Below, in pieces: positions 37,871 through 50,031 of a stretch of 64,000 bases of DNA. Position 1 is the first letter of the stretch, and each line of letters opens with the position of its first letter. The translations under genes and the position numbers were made by a program. The notes beneath the pieces were generated by a model, which worked only from the letters and a program-made list of their open reading frames with translations, had not been told where the DNA came from and did no database searches. The DNA is from Vicugna vicugna (taxonomy: Eukaryota): the NCBI GenBank assembly GCA_013265495.1, contig MU059403.1:1812960-1876959 (forward strand), given 5' to 3'.

Positions 37871-39283
37871 AGTTGTCAAGGCGCGACATATGCCTGCAGT
37901 TTACAAGAAAATAAAATGTCCACAAGTGCTAAAAATAAGGCCTCCGTGTGTTTTCTGCATTTCTATTAGTGATTTGTTTTCTTTAATAGAAAGAAACCTC
38001 TTTCCTGGCACACTAGCAGGCTTAACTGCTGAAAAACAGACAGATTTAGTAGTGGAAAGGCTTGCGGAGTTAGTTAATATTTAAAAGGTGATTCATGTGC
38101 AAACTCAGCTTTTGCAAAATCAGAAGTGAGGTCAGGGCCCGTCGGTCAGAGTCACCGCTGGAAAGGGTCACGGAGAAGCGGCCGCAGAGGGAAAAGCAAC
38201 GCTCTGGGGCTCTGCTCACAACTTTGATGCAAAACGCTTGAAAATAAAGCTTAGACTCTTAAGTGCTGAAGGCCTTCTTGTCTGACTTTTTTCTGGTTCC
38301 CTGTCTGTGGCTTTTGTTGTTTCTTCTGGAAGGAAATCCAGTCTGATGTTCACACCAGGATTCTCGAGTGTTTATCTGTCACTCGAATGGTGTTCCAGAT
38401 TCAGGACACATGACACCAGACTAGGGTCACAAAGGTGTCCCAGAAGCACCCTGTCCAGGGCCAGGTGTCACCTGTGGCTTCTGCGTCCTGGGGTCAGGAG
38501 CCCTGGGTTTCCCGAAAGTTCCCGTCTTCCTGGGCTTCCAGGCAGGCGATGAAGCAGCAGCTCTCCTGGGGGAGAGTGGTGCTGCCTTTTGGGTTTGGTT
38601 TTGTTTTTTGAGGTATGTGAGTGATGAAAAGATGTTTGCACCTTGAGTTCAAATCTTACACGAGTGAACAGGCTTTAATCGCTCACAGTGATGGCACCGG
38701 ATGGGCTGATCTGCAGACACACAGGTTGATCTCACTATTTACTCTAACTTTTTATGTTTTTTGTGTTGTTTTTGCTTTTGTTTTTTGCAGAAAGGATAAG
38801 GCTAGCGGTAAATGGGAGAAGGCGAGGCCCCGTCCAGGTGGAGGAACTTTTTATGCCCTGGGCCTTCCGTCCTGGACAACCGCATGCTGCTGTGTGTTGT
38901 CCTGAGCCAGTTGCTCCGGCTACGGAGCACCCCTCCTGCACGTTTCAGGAAAAGCTTAAAACTTCACCTTCGTGCCACATCTGTAAAAACTGTGCTGTGA
39001 CTGTAAAAACTGTAGGAGGTTTTAAAAGTATTTCCAGAGGATTGGCATGACAATGCATTCAATCGATAGTTTTCCACGATGTGTTACTAAATCTTTCAGT
39101 CTATTTGGGGAATTACCGAAAAATAAGGCGATCTAACCTACAAGGTGTTTTAAGTGGGATGACCGATTGTAAACACATAAAGTGGGGGTTCTGCAGAGGG
39201 CTGAGTAAATCTTCACTCATTTAAATTTTGCAGCGATCCTTTCCTGCTGTGGAGCCAGTGAAATTGTTTTAAACCTCAAACCC

Positions 39284-39845
39284 TTTTTCATTGAGGTGCA
39301 GTTGATTTACCGTATTATATTAGTTGCAGGTGTGCAGCACAGTGGTTCAGTATTTTTGCAGACCACACTCCATTCCAAGTTATTCAGGGTGTTGGCTGTG
39401 CTTCCCTGTGCTGTGCAGTATGACCTTGTCGTTTATCTCTTTTACACACAGTGGTTTGCATCTCTTGACCCATCCCCCTATTTGTCCCCCCTCCTCCCCT
39501 TTGGTAACCACGGGTTTGTTCTCTGTGTCTGTGAGTCTGCTTCTGTTTTGCATTTACATTCATTTAAATTATTTTTTTAGATCCCACATACAAGCGATAA
39601 CATAGAATATTTGTCTTTCTCTGTCTGACTTATTTCTCTAAGCATAATAATCTCTGGGCCCATCATGATGTTGCAAAGGGCAGAATTCCATTCTTCCATG
39701 GCTGAGTAATATTCCATTATGCATACACACCCCAGCTTCTTTATCCAGTCATCTGTTGATGGACATTAAGGTGCTTCCACGTCTGGGCTGTTGCAGTAGT
39801 GCTGCTGTGAACACGGGGGTGTGTGTGTCTTTTCAACTTAGTGTT
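39284..39845 (-). mobile_element. 5'-truncated LINE-1 3' end (L1MA-age, laurasiatherian type)
   Basis: 'tttttcattgaggtgcagttgatttac', 'agatcccacatacaagcgataacatagaatatttgtctttctctgtctgacttatt', 'tttatccagtcatctgttgatggaca'; possible degraded TSD ttaaacctcaaac (39269-39281) / ttgaatctcagac (39844-39856). Confidence 0.92.
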
Positions 39846-39949
39846 GAATCTCAGACATCTCAACAGACTGTTGAAAAGCTTGTAGGAACAGAAGAATCAT
39901 ATCTACAATGATCCCAGAGGCCACCATACTTGTTTCTCCCTCCTGACTC

Positions 39950-40440
39950 TGCTGGGGGCCAGGCAATGCTCCCCAAAGCTGCCCAGGTCTTACACACCCT
40001 GGAATGTGAACGGGCCACCTTATGTGGCAAGAGGGCCTCTGCGTGGAGATGAGATGAAGGGGCCAAGCCGAGCGGTCCCGGTAAGGTGGGGGGTCGTCCC
40101 GGGTCCTCCATGTGGAGCCACTATAACCACAGGCCCTCACGTGGGAGGTGCCAGAAGGTACAAGTAGGAAAAGGGGGATGAGACCAGAGGACCGGGGGAT
40201 GGAGGGACGCACCCTGGTGATGGAGGAGGGCGTCAGCCCAGGGCTGAGGGAGGCCCCTCGAAGCTGGGAAGGACAAGAAAACAGACTCCCCCCACACCCC
40301 CCACGAAGGGTCCAGAAGGAGTGAACCTGCTGACAGCCAGGGTTTGGAGCTCTGGCCCCAGCACTGCAAGAGACGGGGTGTGCGTGGCTCTCAGCCGCAG
40401 TGCGTGCGGACCTGTCACAGCCACCGCAGGGAACCCGTAG
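39950..40440 (+). mobile_element. MaLR solo LTR (MLT1D/C-like)
   Basis: 'aatgctccccaaagctgcccaggtctt', 'ccttatgtggcaagagggcctctgc', 'cgaagctgggaaggacaagaaaacagactcccc', 'ccagaaggagtgaacctgctgaca', 'tgtcacagccaccgcagggaac'. Confidence 0.8.
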
Positions 40441-42640
40441 GCACTTCAGTCATCTCATTCCGACCACCTGCTTCTCCGACCTCAGCATCGGATCTCGGCC
40501 GCAAGCACCTTTCTTCTAGAGTCTCCTGCCCGTCTCGCTGAGGGTCCTCACCCTGCCCTGGGACTCCCTCCTCTACTACCTCGTCTCCCCGACCCCAGGG
40601 CGGGGAAGAGAGCCCTGGTGGGAGGCGGCCGCAGGCGGGGGACCACGCGCTGGGCAGCAGGTGCAGCACGTGCGGGGTGAGATGCTGCTTTAACGTGTGT
40701 CCGAGACCAAGGACTCACATGGGCGTGGTATCAGGAAGAGAGGCAGACTTGAATTGTATATAAATACTGCAGGATTTTTTTTAAAAGGAAAATTAAACAA
40801 TGTGTCTTGACTGTAAGGAAATAATACTGATTATAATTCACCATGCGACTTTGGGATCATTTGTACCTAACGTGACCACCGGGACTTCATGCCACATTTT
40901 ATCTGACTGCAAACATCAAATCTATTACCACATGCTCTGTGTTCACACTTAGAAACTAAGTATTTTCTTTGTTTTATACCCCTCCCCCAAAGACAAATGC
41001 TCCAAACAGGAGTTTTAAAGTAATTTTCATATTTTGGATTTCCGTTTTTGAACACTTCTGTAAATCTCAGGACCCCAGAAGTTAATTCTATGTGTTAAAA
41101 AAGGTATCGGGTATTTTGAGGACGTTGCATTAAGCAGAGCCTGACTTGGACTTTGTGCACATACATCTAAGCCCCTGGGGGCGGCAGCGGGCCTTCCCCT
41201 CACAGCCCGTGCTCCTGCGACAGGTGGGCCACAGAGGTTTTTGACCAGCCGGCTCCATTTCCCTCCCTTGCTGCCCCTAAAGTCATTTCTGACCCAGAAG
41301 TGATTGCATCAGGCACGGCTTTGCAAATGTTTAACATCCACCAGGTCCCAAACTGCGCGACGGCGCTAAAGCCACGTTTTGGTTTATAAAAAGGCACCAG
41401 TCACACGCGGTCCTTGGCGAGCTGACACGGATGACAAGGAGCATGAGGACGCAGTGACGAATGGGCCCCAGGGTCACGAGCGCCTGGCACTCCGGCCAGT
41501 GACAGGCGCCACCTGCTTCTGCTGCTGGGACAGCGTCCTGTCAGGTGGGTTTGGGGCATTTGGCAAGTGGGGACCAGGTTGTGGAAATGAGCTTGCTCAG
41601 CGCCACACTTTACTTTGAAGATTCATGAGAAAGAAATGAGAGGGCGGCCAACCAAAAATGCACCAACTAGTTTCATTTGCACGTTGTTCATGCCTTTGTC
41701 TTAATTTTGAAGAGTTTAGAGGTTTTTTACATATAGGATTTATGAAGAAATATTACAACATCTAAAAACTACATAGTTTAATTTCCACTCAGTGGTAAAT
41801 TTGATATAACGCATAATAAAAACCTTTAAAAATCCAGTGTGCACAAAGCACCGTGCAGTCGCCTCACTAAGGCAAATGAGCTGACAAGCAGGCCGCACAG
41901 GACAGCCTCGCATCGGCCGAGGCCGCAAGCACCGTGCACACACATCTGGACTGACAGGTAAGCGTGTTGAAGACACACTTCGGGTGACCCCTGGAGACAA
42001 AGCGCCGTTCCCTGCTGCGCCCCCAGAGACAGAGCTGCACCCAGTGAGGCTTCCAAATGCCCCGCAGGGACGCCCGTCTTCACTCTGCGTCTGAGGAGGT
42101 GCAGAGCTTCGGGCGCGCGGCGCTGCCCCACACGGGCCAGCTGAGCCGCGTCCCCGAGGGCCCGGTGGGTCCAGCTGCTCCGCTTAGCACTAGCACCAGG
42201 CCACCTCCTGTACGGCCAAGTCCAGCTGCCTCACCGGTCTGGCCTGGGAGGGCGTCCCTGGCAACCAGCTCTCCAAGGATGTGAGTTCAATGTGGTGCAG
42301 AAAGTGTGCTTTCTTTGGATTCCTTCCTGTTTTGACGTCATGGCGCTCACGACGTGGGAAGCTGTTTCAGGACAGCTGGGGAAACCCAAGAGCAGCGGCC
42401 TGGGTCCCCTCCACCCCTCCTCATCCCACTCCCACTCGGGGGGGGATTCTAAGTCCGCCCCACTGGGCTGCCGGTGCTCACAGCGGCCTCTGGACCTGTG
42501 TGAGCCGTGGCTGGAGGACTGTCCGGACGCCCTGCTCCGAGGAACAAAGAGCCCGGTCAGATTTCTTAGGAGGATTTTGCCCTTAGAGACGTCCCCTGCA
42601 GGACGGACTGGCTGGCTCAGGGCTTAGGGTGAAAGCTAAG

Positions 42641-43040
42641 ATTCGCTTTCTCTGTCTGACTTACTTCACGTCATAGGATCATCTCTAGGTCCATCCACGT
42701 TGCTGCAAATGGTATTATTTCATACATCGCTTACATGTGGAATCTGAAAAAAGATACAAAGAACTTCCTTATAAGACAGACGCAGACTGACCGACATAGA
42801 GCACAACGTATGGTTGCCAAAGAGGAGACGGGAGGAAGGAGTCTGGGATCGGCAGGCACACGACTGTGGACAAAACCGGTGCGCAACAAGGACCTCCTGC
42901 AGAGCACGGGGGCTGTACGCGGTGTCCTGTGATGAGCTGCCACAGAGAAGAGTCTGAAACAGACCATGTCTGTACCACCGAGTCGCCATGCTGCACACCT
43001 GGAACTAACACGACGTTGCAAACTGATTCTGCTTCAACGG
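42641..43040 (+). mobile_element. LINE-1 3' end with 5' inversion (42641-42723 antisense, 42724-43040 sense)
   Basis: the antisense part reverse-complements to 'atgaaataataccatttgcagcaacgtggatggacctagag...agtcagacagagaaagcgaat'; the sense part resumes at 'catcgcttacatgtggaatctgaaaaaagatacaaa' and ends 'aacacgacgttgcaaactgattctgcttcaa'. Confidence 0.85.
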
Positions 43041-43609
43041 AAGCTGTGGAATCAGGACAAGAAAGTCGCGTTTTACTGACGACCGCGGGCCGGGAGCCGG
43101 AGCTGGTGCGTCCAGCAGCGTGCGGGCTGGGCCTCTGCCGGCCACTGTCCCTTTACGGCAGAGCTCCTCGCGGCTACAGCTGCTCATGCTTCAGCCCCAC
43201 ACTGTGCTGTGGGACGTCCTCGCAGTGCTGGCGGGAGGTCCCCAGGCCCGCTTTGTTGACAATCCCGACACCTCTCTCTCCCCCTCCAGAGAACTCTGAT
43301 CAGTTACGAGAATCTCCGTTAAATCTCCCTTTTTTTTTCAGGGAGTTGTGCTGGTTTACCTGGTCCTCCGGCTTCTGTTCTGGTCTTTTCAATACGATAC
43401 AACGGGACAAATACATGCGAGCAAAGGGTCACGGTGCCGGACCCGACCCAACGCGGCAAAGGGCTGCCCGGCCGCGGGGCTGGTTAAACCCGGGGCTCGG
43501 CTGAGGGGCAGGCGAGTGCGGCGGCTGCTCCTGCTCCTCCAGCCTTGCCGGGGGCTGTGACAGGAAGGACGTCCCAGTGTCGCAGGCCGGGTGCAGCTTC
43601 CTTCTGCAG

Positions 43610-43666
43610 CAACTCTGCTGCCAAAAGCACACTTCACCGCCCACTCCAGCCTCTGCCAGCACGTCG
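43610..43666 (+). other. candidate 57-nt exon
   Basis: cttccttctgcag| ... TCG|gtaagt; frame not determinable. Confidence 0.2.
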
Positions 43667-44037
43667 GTAAGTGTTACGCTCTTTCTTCTCCGTTAGCCTC
43701 TTCGGATCTTATGAAAACCGCCTTGGCACTGGCCACAGAAAGTGCTAGTCCCCAGGTAAAGACCAGGTAGTGGATGGAATGAATTTTGGGGACAAACCCA
43801 GAGCTTGCCTCTGAGAGCGGGCGGCCCCTCCTGGTGCGATGGCCGAGCCGCTCCACCAGAGGGCGCTGCAGACCGCTTCCCGCTGGTCCCGCGCCGCATC
43901 CTTCAACCGCCTCCCGCTCAGCATCCCTCACCTTGGGCCGCGCCCTGGGCGCTGCCGTGGCGCGGGGCTTCTGCTCGTAGGAAAAGACAAACCGGCTGAA
44001 GAACGCTGACAACCTGCCATGAAAACGCCTCACACAC

Positions 44038-44085
44038 CTGCAGAAGTGTACTTGGAATCCAAGAGGGTCTGACGGTGCTTAGTCT
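44038..44085 (-). other. candidate 48-nt exon downstream of CpG island 3 on the minus strand
   Basis: ggattttcctcag| ... CAG|gtgtgt; two frames open (RLSTVRPSWIPSTLLQ or TKHRQTLLDSKYTSA). Confidence 0.2.
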
Positions 44086-44289
44086 CTGAGGAAAATCCGA
44101 CGTGCACAGGTGTGCACGTGGATGCGTTCCGTGTGCGCGCACGTGCCTGTGTGAGCATGTGTGTCCTGCGCACACGAACCTCGACGACAGGGAGGCGGGC
44201 TGGCCTCCCAATCCCTCAATTCTGCCTGTTCCTTAACACGGACGCACACAGAGAAGATCTGTGCCGTTAGGTCAAAGCCGTAGCATTTC

Positions 44290-45110
44290 CGGTGGTCAGC
44301 ACCGTGCAGCCTGGTCCGCCCCCAGGGAGCCATGTGCCGCGAAGTCACCGCAAAGGCCTGAAGCTCCTCCCCCGAGAAGCAAGGCGCAGTTGGCTCGGAC
44401 GCCCCTCCCCGCGCTCTGAGATCCTGGGACTTCGGGCTGTCCGCCCACCTGCCCCGGCCCCCGCTGGTCCCCCTGCCCCTCTTGCTCCCCAGGTGAGGAC
44501 CCAGGCACCCGCCACGCACGCCGCCCTCTTCCCCTGGGAGCGCGAGCCTGTGATTGAAGGAGCCGGGAGCCGCCCCTCGTCCCGCTCCCTCCCCCGCCCC
44601 CGCCCGCCCGTTCGCGGCGTCCACTCTCCCCGAAGGAGGGCGCATCTGCTAGTCAAATCCCAGCCGCCCTCTGCAGCCGGCTCGGGTCCCCGACGCTCCC
44701 CCAGGGTCTCCTCCCGGTGCCCTCTCCCCTTGCCCGTCCACCGTCCTCAGACCCAGCGAGAAAGCGCCGCTGAGGCTGAGCTCGGGGCTCTGGGATGAGC
44801 CCCACGGCTCCGCTTCAGAGCGCGCCCGCCCCCGCCCGGCTCCGCTGCTGGCCCGGCCCGGCCCGTGCGCGTGCCCGGTCCTAACTGCCCGGCCACACCG
44901 GCCTCCTGGCTGCTGTCGGAGTCTCAGTGAAACGCAGGCCCGTGGCCCTCCCTCTGGCTCCGGCCACACGGCGGGCGCACGGCTCTGAAAGCCTGCGGCA
45001 GAAACACAGACACAGCGGACGTCGTCTGCACCTTCCCTTCTCAACCTCCCGGCTCACCCGCGGCAGGTGAAGCCCGGGTGCGGTGGACAGGTGACCACCC
45101 GTGTCCCCGT
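44290..45110. promoter_or_regulatory. CpG island 3, probable promoter
   Basis: dense CpG, Sp1-type CCCCGCCCC clusters near 44590-44610 and 44825; plus-strand donors CAG|gtgaag near 45067 and CAG|gtgacc near 45088. Confidence 0.78.
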
Positions 45111-45399
45111 TTAGCTTGGAAGGAGGGGAAGGTCCTGGCCCCGCAGAGCTGGGACCCCCCGGCGTGGCACAGGGCCAACACCAGCAGACACGAGAAGGCT
45201 CCCCACACTGCCCCCGGGGGAGAGAGCAAACGGAAGCCTGGAGCTGCCTCAGTGGGTTTGGAACCTGACTCGTGCTGTCTGCTTGTGGGAATCCTCACTC
45301 AGGAGTCAACACCAAAATCGGTCCAAGCCAGTCATAGGCCTGGAGTGCCTGACAAAAGCTAATGAAACGACACTCGGAGAGGACTCTGATAATTCAAGT

Positions 45400-45715
45400 G
45401 GTGTACTGCACTTTTAGGGAAAAAAGAAACCTGAATAAAAAAAATAACTCACCATGAAAACTGATAAACACGCAAAGAAACAGTGCATCATAGTAAAAAC
45501 CTGACAGGGTCAGCGAGGATTACATCCCACAGGATGGGAGAGAAGAAACTCACCTAGAGACTTGACACAAACTTATTTAAAATAACTAAAGAAGTAAAAT
45601 ACCATATAAAACTATGGTAAACTGAGAAAAGTGAATAGGCAGATTTGGGAAATGCAAAAAGAATTTCAATACATAAGACATGAAGTCACTGAAAATTTAA
45701 ACTCAGCAAAGGTGT
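45400..45715 (+). mobile_element. probable old LINE-1 5'/ORF1-region fragment
   Basis: A-rich tract with 'aaataactcaccatgaaaactgataaacac' and 'aataggcagatttgggaaatgc...aagtcactgaaaatttaaactca'; heavily diverged. Confidence 0.45.
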
Positions 45716-45834
45716 AAGACTCTGCCCTTCGCCCGCCCCAGCCCGGCTCTTGCAGGTGTGACCATCCAGTTTAATACTTTATGAACGCGTTTTCCTTTCT
45801 GTCACCAGGCACAGGGTGCTCGTGCTCTCCCGGG

Positions 45835-46365
45835 ATGTGCGTGTGTCATAAGAACACGTAACGGGAGGTGTGTCCGCAACATTCTTTGCACAGCACAGCG
45901 CTGCTGGTTGCAGGGCCCTGCACAGCGGGTCTCTGGAGCGTATCCACCCTGAGTAATGGGAATTCCAGACACAGAGTAGCAACCCCCGCCCCCCTTCCCC
46001 ACCCCAGGCCCCCACCCCTCTGCTCGGTGTTTCTGCCAGTCTGACTTTCCCAGATCCCTCATGCAAGTGGTTCAGTGTCTGTCCTTCTGCGACTGGCTGA
46101 TGTCACTTGGTGGGAATGCAAAGTGATGCAGCCACAGGGGAAACAGCACGGAGGTTCCTCAAAAGTCAAAAACAGAACCACCATGGGATCCAGGAATCCC
46201 ACTCCTGGGTATTTATCCAAAAGAATTGGAATCAGGATCTCGAAGAGATTTCCACTCCCCATGCTCATGAGGATTACTCACAATAGCCAAGACGTGGAAG
46301 CACGTGAGGGTCACTGATGGATAAATGGACGAGGAGGACGGGGTGTGCACACGCACAAGGGAGCA
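45835..46365 (-). mobile_element. L1MB-like 3' region with 5' inversion (45835-46108 minus, 46107-46365 plus)
   Basis: the plus part 'ttggtgggaatgcaaagtgatgcagccac...atcccactcctgggtatttatccaaaaga...cacaatagccaagacgtggaagc' is the upstream L1 3' region; the minus part reads 'aagtgacatcagccagtcgcagaaggacaga...gtgttcttatgacac', the downstream 3' end. Confidence 0.85.
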
Positions 46366-47429
46366 GGGTTGGGGCTCGGTGCTACGCCGCGTGATTGCCG
46401 GACTTGTGTGCATTTCAGAGACTAACTTGCAGGCGATCTCAGTTTCTTGCTTGAAAATCTCAAGTGGATGTCCCTCAGGTATCTAAAAGCCAATACATAA
46501 AAATTAATGAAGCCACCCAAAAGCCAGCCCCCATCACTGGTTTTGGCGGAGGACTCCGAATGCCCCGGGATGCGAGTCTTTCTCTGTCTCGGAAGAAAAG
46601 GTCGTGGGAGGCAGCGCGGGCGCTCTGCTCGTCCTGCCCTTTGTGAGGCCCTCAGGGTCTGGCGCCTCCGGTCTTGTTTGGGTCTTGGGTATAACTGTCT
46701 TATGTGCTGCTGGGGATTCTCACGTCTCTGCAGCAGTGCGTCTGGAAGAAAGAAACTCGACTTTCTGCAAACCCACACATTCTGGCAAGGACTGCCTTTG
46801 ACCCACTGGCTTTGGAAAGAGAAGCGCCCTCAGCTGCACTGGGTGCACCCTGAGTCAGCGGTGGGCCTGGCTGCCCCCCAGACTGCCGCCCCTCCTGGCG
46901 GGGAAGCGGAAGCCCCACCTCCGAGGTTCCTCTAGTCGGTCCCTGCTCGCCTGACCTCGGGTGGGCGGTGCCTGACACTGTCCACATGTCCTGGTCACGT
47001 CCCCCGATACCCACTGTGCCCCCGACGGGCCATTTCCAGCAGGTGCTCGAGGGACTCCTAAGCCTCTGCTTTGCCCACGTGTTTGCTGATTCGTTTGTAC
47101 ATGTTGTCCACGTGGGTCACAAACTATTCCTTTCTGCACATCTGTACTAAGGTCCTTCCGGTCAACGTCGCGACGTAGAAGACCGAGGATCCAGGAAGAC
47201 CGTGGGCTCCCCCGGGCGCTGGTACTGACACTTCTCACCTGCTTCTCCGCCTACTCCCCGCACTGATGGGCTCTTGGTCAGTGTTTTTCAGCTTCCCATG
47301 ATAATTGCTGCGTACACTCTGCCCACATGTGAACAGTGTTTTATCCCCCACTTTGAATCTCAAGGATCCTGCAAGACTTGGGTGTCGTTGCCTGGGAACG
47401 CACGTCCCCTGGAAAGGTACGCGCTGGTG

Positions 47430-47560
47430 TCCTGATGGAGCACCTTCGGGAACATCTCTGTCCTGCCCTCTGCGTCCTTCTGGTCTAGAGTGATGCTGGG
47501 CACATGACAGGAGTTCAGGAGAGACTTGAATAAATCACAGACGTGAAGGAACGAATGAGT
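47430..47560 (+). mobile_element. LINE-2 3' end remnant
   Basis: 'tctagagtgatgctgggcacatgacaggagttca...aataaat...gaaggaacgaatgagt' resembles the L2 terminus (cctagaacagtgcctggcacatagtagg...aataaat...gaatgaatgaat). Confidence 0.5.
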
Positions 47561-47759
47561 CATCGTCTAGATTTAAGGCAGGAACTCGCATGGGCAGTCG
47601 GTGGGACTGGGGTCAGTGGGATGAGTCATGGTGCAGAGGGCAGGGCACTTGGGTAGTGGAACAGGTGCGTTCCTGTGACTCCGCCCCTCATACCTGGCCG
47701 CACCGCCCAAGGCAGGTTCCCACCAGGACAGAGGGGGAGCTTGGTGAGAAGGCGCATCC

Positions 47760-48020
47760 GTGCGTAATGGGGAGGGGGGTACACACTCAATCACAACAGT
47801 GCAGCCATGCATCAGGGCACCTCACTGCAGGGCACAGGGTTTCAAATGTAATGCGGAGGGGGAAGAGTAAGGAGCAGGTGAGATGCACGCGTCATCCCAT
47901 TTATGTAAATGAAAGCACGTGTAATAAATGAAGTATTTCATGCATAAATGTGCAAATCCAAGGACACAGATGAAATACACTAGTTTGGGGCCGTGGTAGG
48001 ACAGGAAAAGGAAGGGGCCA
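47760..48020 (+). mobile_element. L1ME/MC-like 3' UTR remnant
   Basis: 'ttcaaatgtaatgcggagggggaagag...gtcatcccatttatgtaaatgaaagcac' resembles the L1ME 3' UTR. Confidence 0.45.
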
Positions 48021-48706
48021 AGTGAGCGGGGAAGTAATAAACGAAGCAGCACAGGCCGGGGCACAAGGGGGAGCAGGACCGCCGGTCGCCCAGAGCCCGC
48101 GGGAGCCGGTGGCGGGGGGGCCGGAAAACCCAGGGGTGACGTGTCGACTGGATCCGTTCAAAAGAACGAAATTACCCTGAACTGGGATCTCCTCACGCAC
48201 GGGCCAGTGCAGGTGGGGAAGCAGCTGCATATACTCTATTCTAAACAAACAGAACACTCCGAATGAAGACCTAGAAAAAAATGCCCACTGTCCCTCCAGC
48301 TCGTGCCCAGGATGTCCCGCAGGTGGACAGGCCCTCTGGGCCCCAGCGATGCTCGGCCCCGCCTCCTGGACAGAGGTCTGCAGTGAGAGGCTGCCTCCTG
48401 ACCTCCGGGCTTTTCCCTGAGCCTCTCCAGGCGGGGACAGACTGGCGCTCACATTCTGTGCTTCCCAGGGCGCGACTTGGGTGACACGCGAGAAAGCGCC
48501 TTGCAGCGTGGAAGGCCCCCCCACCCCTCTGTCTTCCTCTTGCAGGACTTGGAGCCGACAAATAACTTTAACCCATTAGTCCACTGACTAATCCGTTTAG
48601 CAGGGCGCGGCTCGCCCACCGCGTCCAGCGCCCTGACGGACTCCAGGAGCAGGTGCGGGGAAGGCCTCTCTCGTCTTCAACAGAAGAGCTTCTCTTCTCT
48701 CTGTAG

Positions 48707-48754
48707 CGTGGCGCCAGCCCCGGGAGAGTGAGGGACGTGTCGCCAACAGTGTTC
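48707..48754 (+). other. candidate 48-nt exon (78 nt with the alternative donor at 48784)
   Basis: strong acceptor cttctcttctctctgtag|; donors TTC|gtaagc and CGG|gtaagg; both lengths are multiples of 3 and open (RGASPGRVRDVSPTVF[VSLDFLMGLR]). Confidence 0.25.
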
Positions 48755-50031
48755 GTAAGCCTTGATTTTCTTATGGGACTCCGGGTAAGGAAAGCCGGCT
48801 GAGAACGAGGGGTCCAGGAGGGGTGCTGACTGGTGATGAAGGACACCCAGCGCGGCGTGCAGCACAAGCAGCCAGGAAAGTGCCCTCGGCGGCGTCTGTG
48901 AGCCTGTGCCGTGCGCAGAGCCCTTTACCGGGCTGGTGAGAAAGCTGGCTGATGGTGCCGTCCACCGTGAACCCCTGCATTCATATTTATCAATAAGATA
49001 CATTTGCATGTACATTTACTATACACGTACGCCTCGTAGGGTCACTATTTGGCTAAACGAATAGAATGAAAAGCTCACTGACATGAACACTTCTGAAAGG
49101 CGCGCAAAGACAGCAGACAGCCGATCCCCTGAGAGGAGGAGGCAAGGACACGGACTGCGGCGGGTCTGGGGGCCAAGGTCAAAGAGAGGAGCAGGAGAGA
49201 ACAAGACTTTTTGGAGCAGCTCAAAGGTCACCAATAAAGTTAGGGAAAGCAGTGGCTTTAAGAAGTCATTTTTTGATGAAACCCAAGTGGTTACCCACAT
49301 AGGGGAAAACATTCCGTTTCTCCAAAAACCGAGAAGTATTAGCTTGGTCTTGATATCAGACAGCAAAAATTATAAGTGTGACCAAACTGCAGTCCTGTAG
49401 TTAAGGGTTTAAGAAAAGAGCCCCCACGCCAGGACGGGAGGGCGCGTCCACGGGGAGACCGGCACCGCGCTCTTGGTTTCTGCTGTCCTTGCATTTTGGG
49501 ACAGATCCCTCCATCGAGTGACTTTCTGAAACTGGGGTCCCTTTGGTGGCATAACCCAGGACGAGGGGGGACGGGCTGGTCCTTGACAGAGTCCCCCCCA
49601 TGCCTGCCCGGTCAGCAAACGGTCGCGGGGTTTGGCGGGCACCCTGGGAGGCGCGGGAAGGGAGCCCCTGTGGCGCCTGCTCCCGCGCAGGCAGCCAGCT
49701 GCACGAAGCACTTCGCAGCCGCCGCCTTGGAGCCCCCGGCAGCTCGCTGGTCCAGTGAGCCGGCGACTGTGATCTCCTTGTTTTGGGGGAAGAGAGGGCG
49801 CAGGCAGAGGAGAGGGGCCCTGCTGAGACTGGGAGTCTGGGAGGGGCCCCAGAGGCCTGGGTTGAACCCTGCTTCACCGCCTGGCCCTGGAGCAGTGACG
49901 GGCACCAGGACACCCTGAGAAGTATAAGAAACTGTGTGCTTCTAACTGCAGGGAGCTGCTCGCTAAGTCAGGGCTGGGACGTCTGCAAAGAGCCCACGGA
50001 GATGCCCGGGGCCTTTTACCCCTCAGACACC

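Noticed and set aside
38981-39013. Direct repeat ctgtaaaaactgt at 20-bp spacing
   Set aside because: Only two short copies; most simply a local slippage duplication with no further structure
41660-41880. Possible DNA transposon in an AT-rich stretch
   Set aside because: No terminal inverted repeats or consensus match that I could identify
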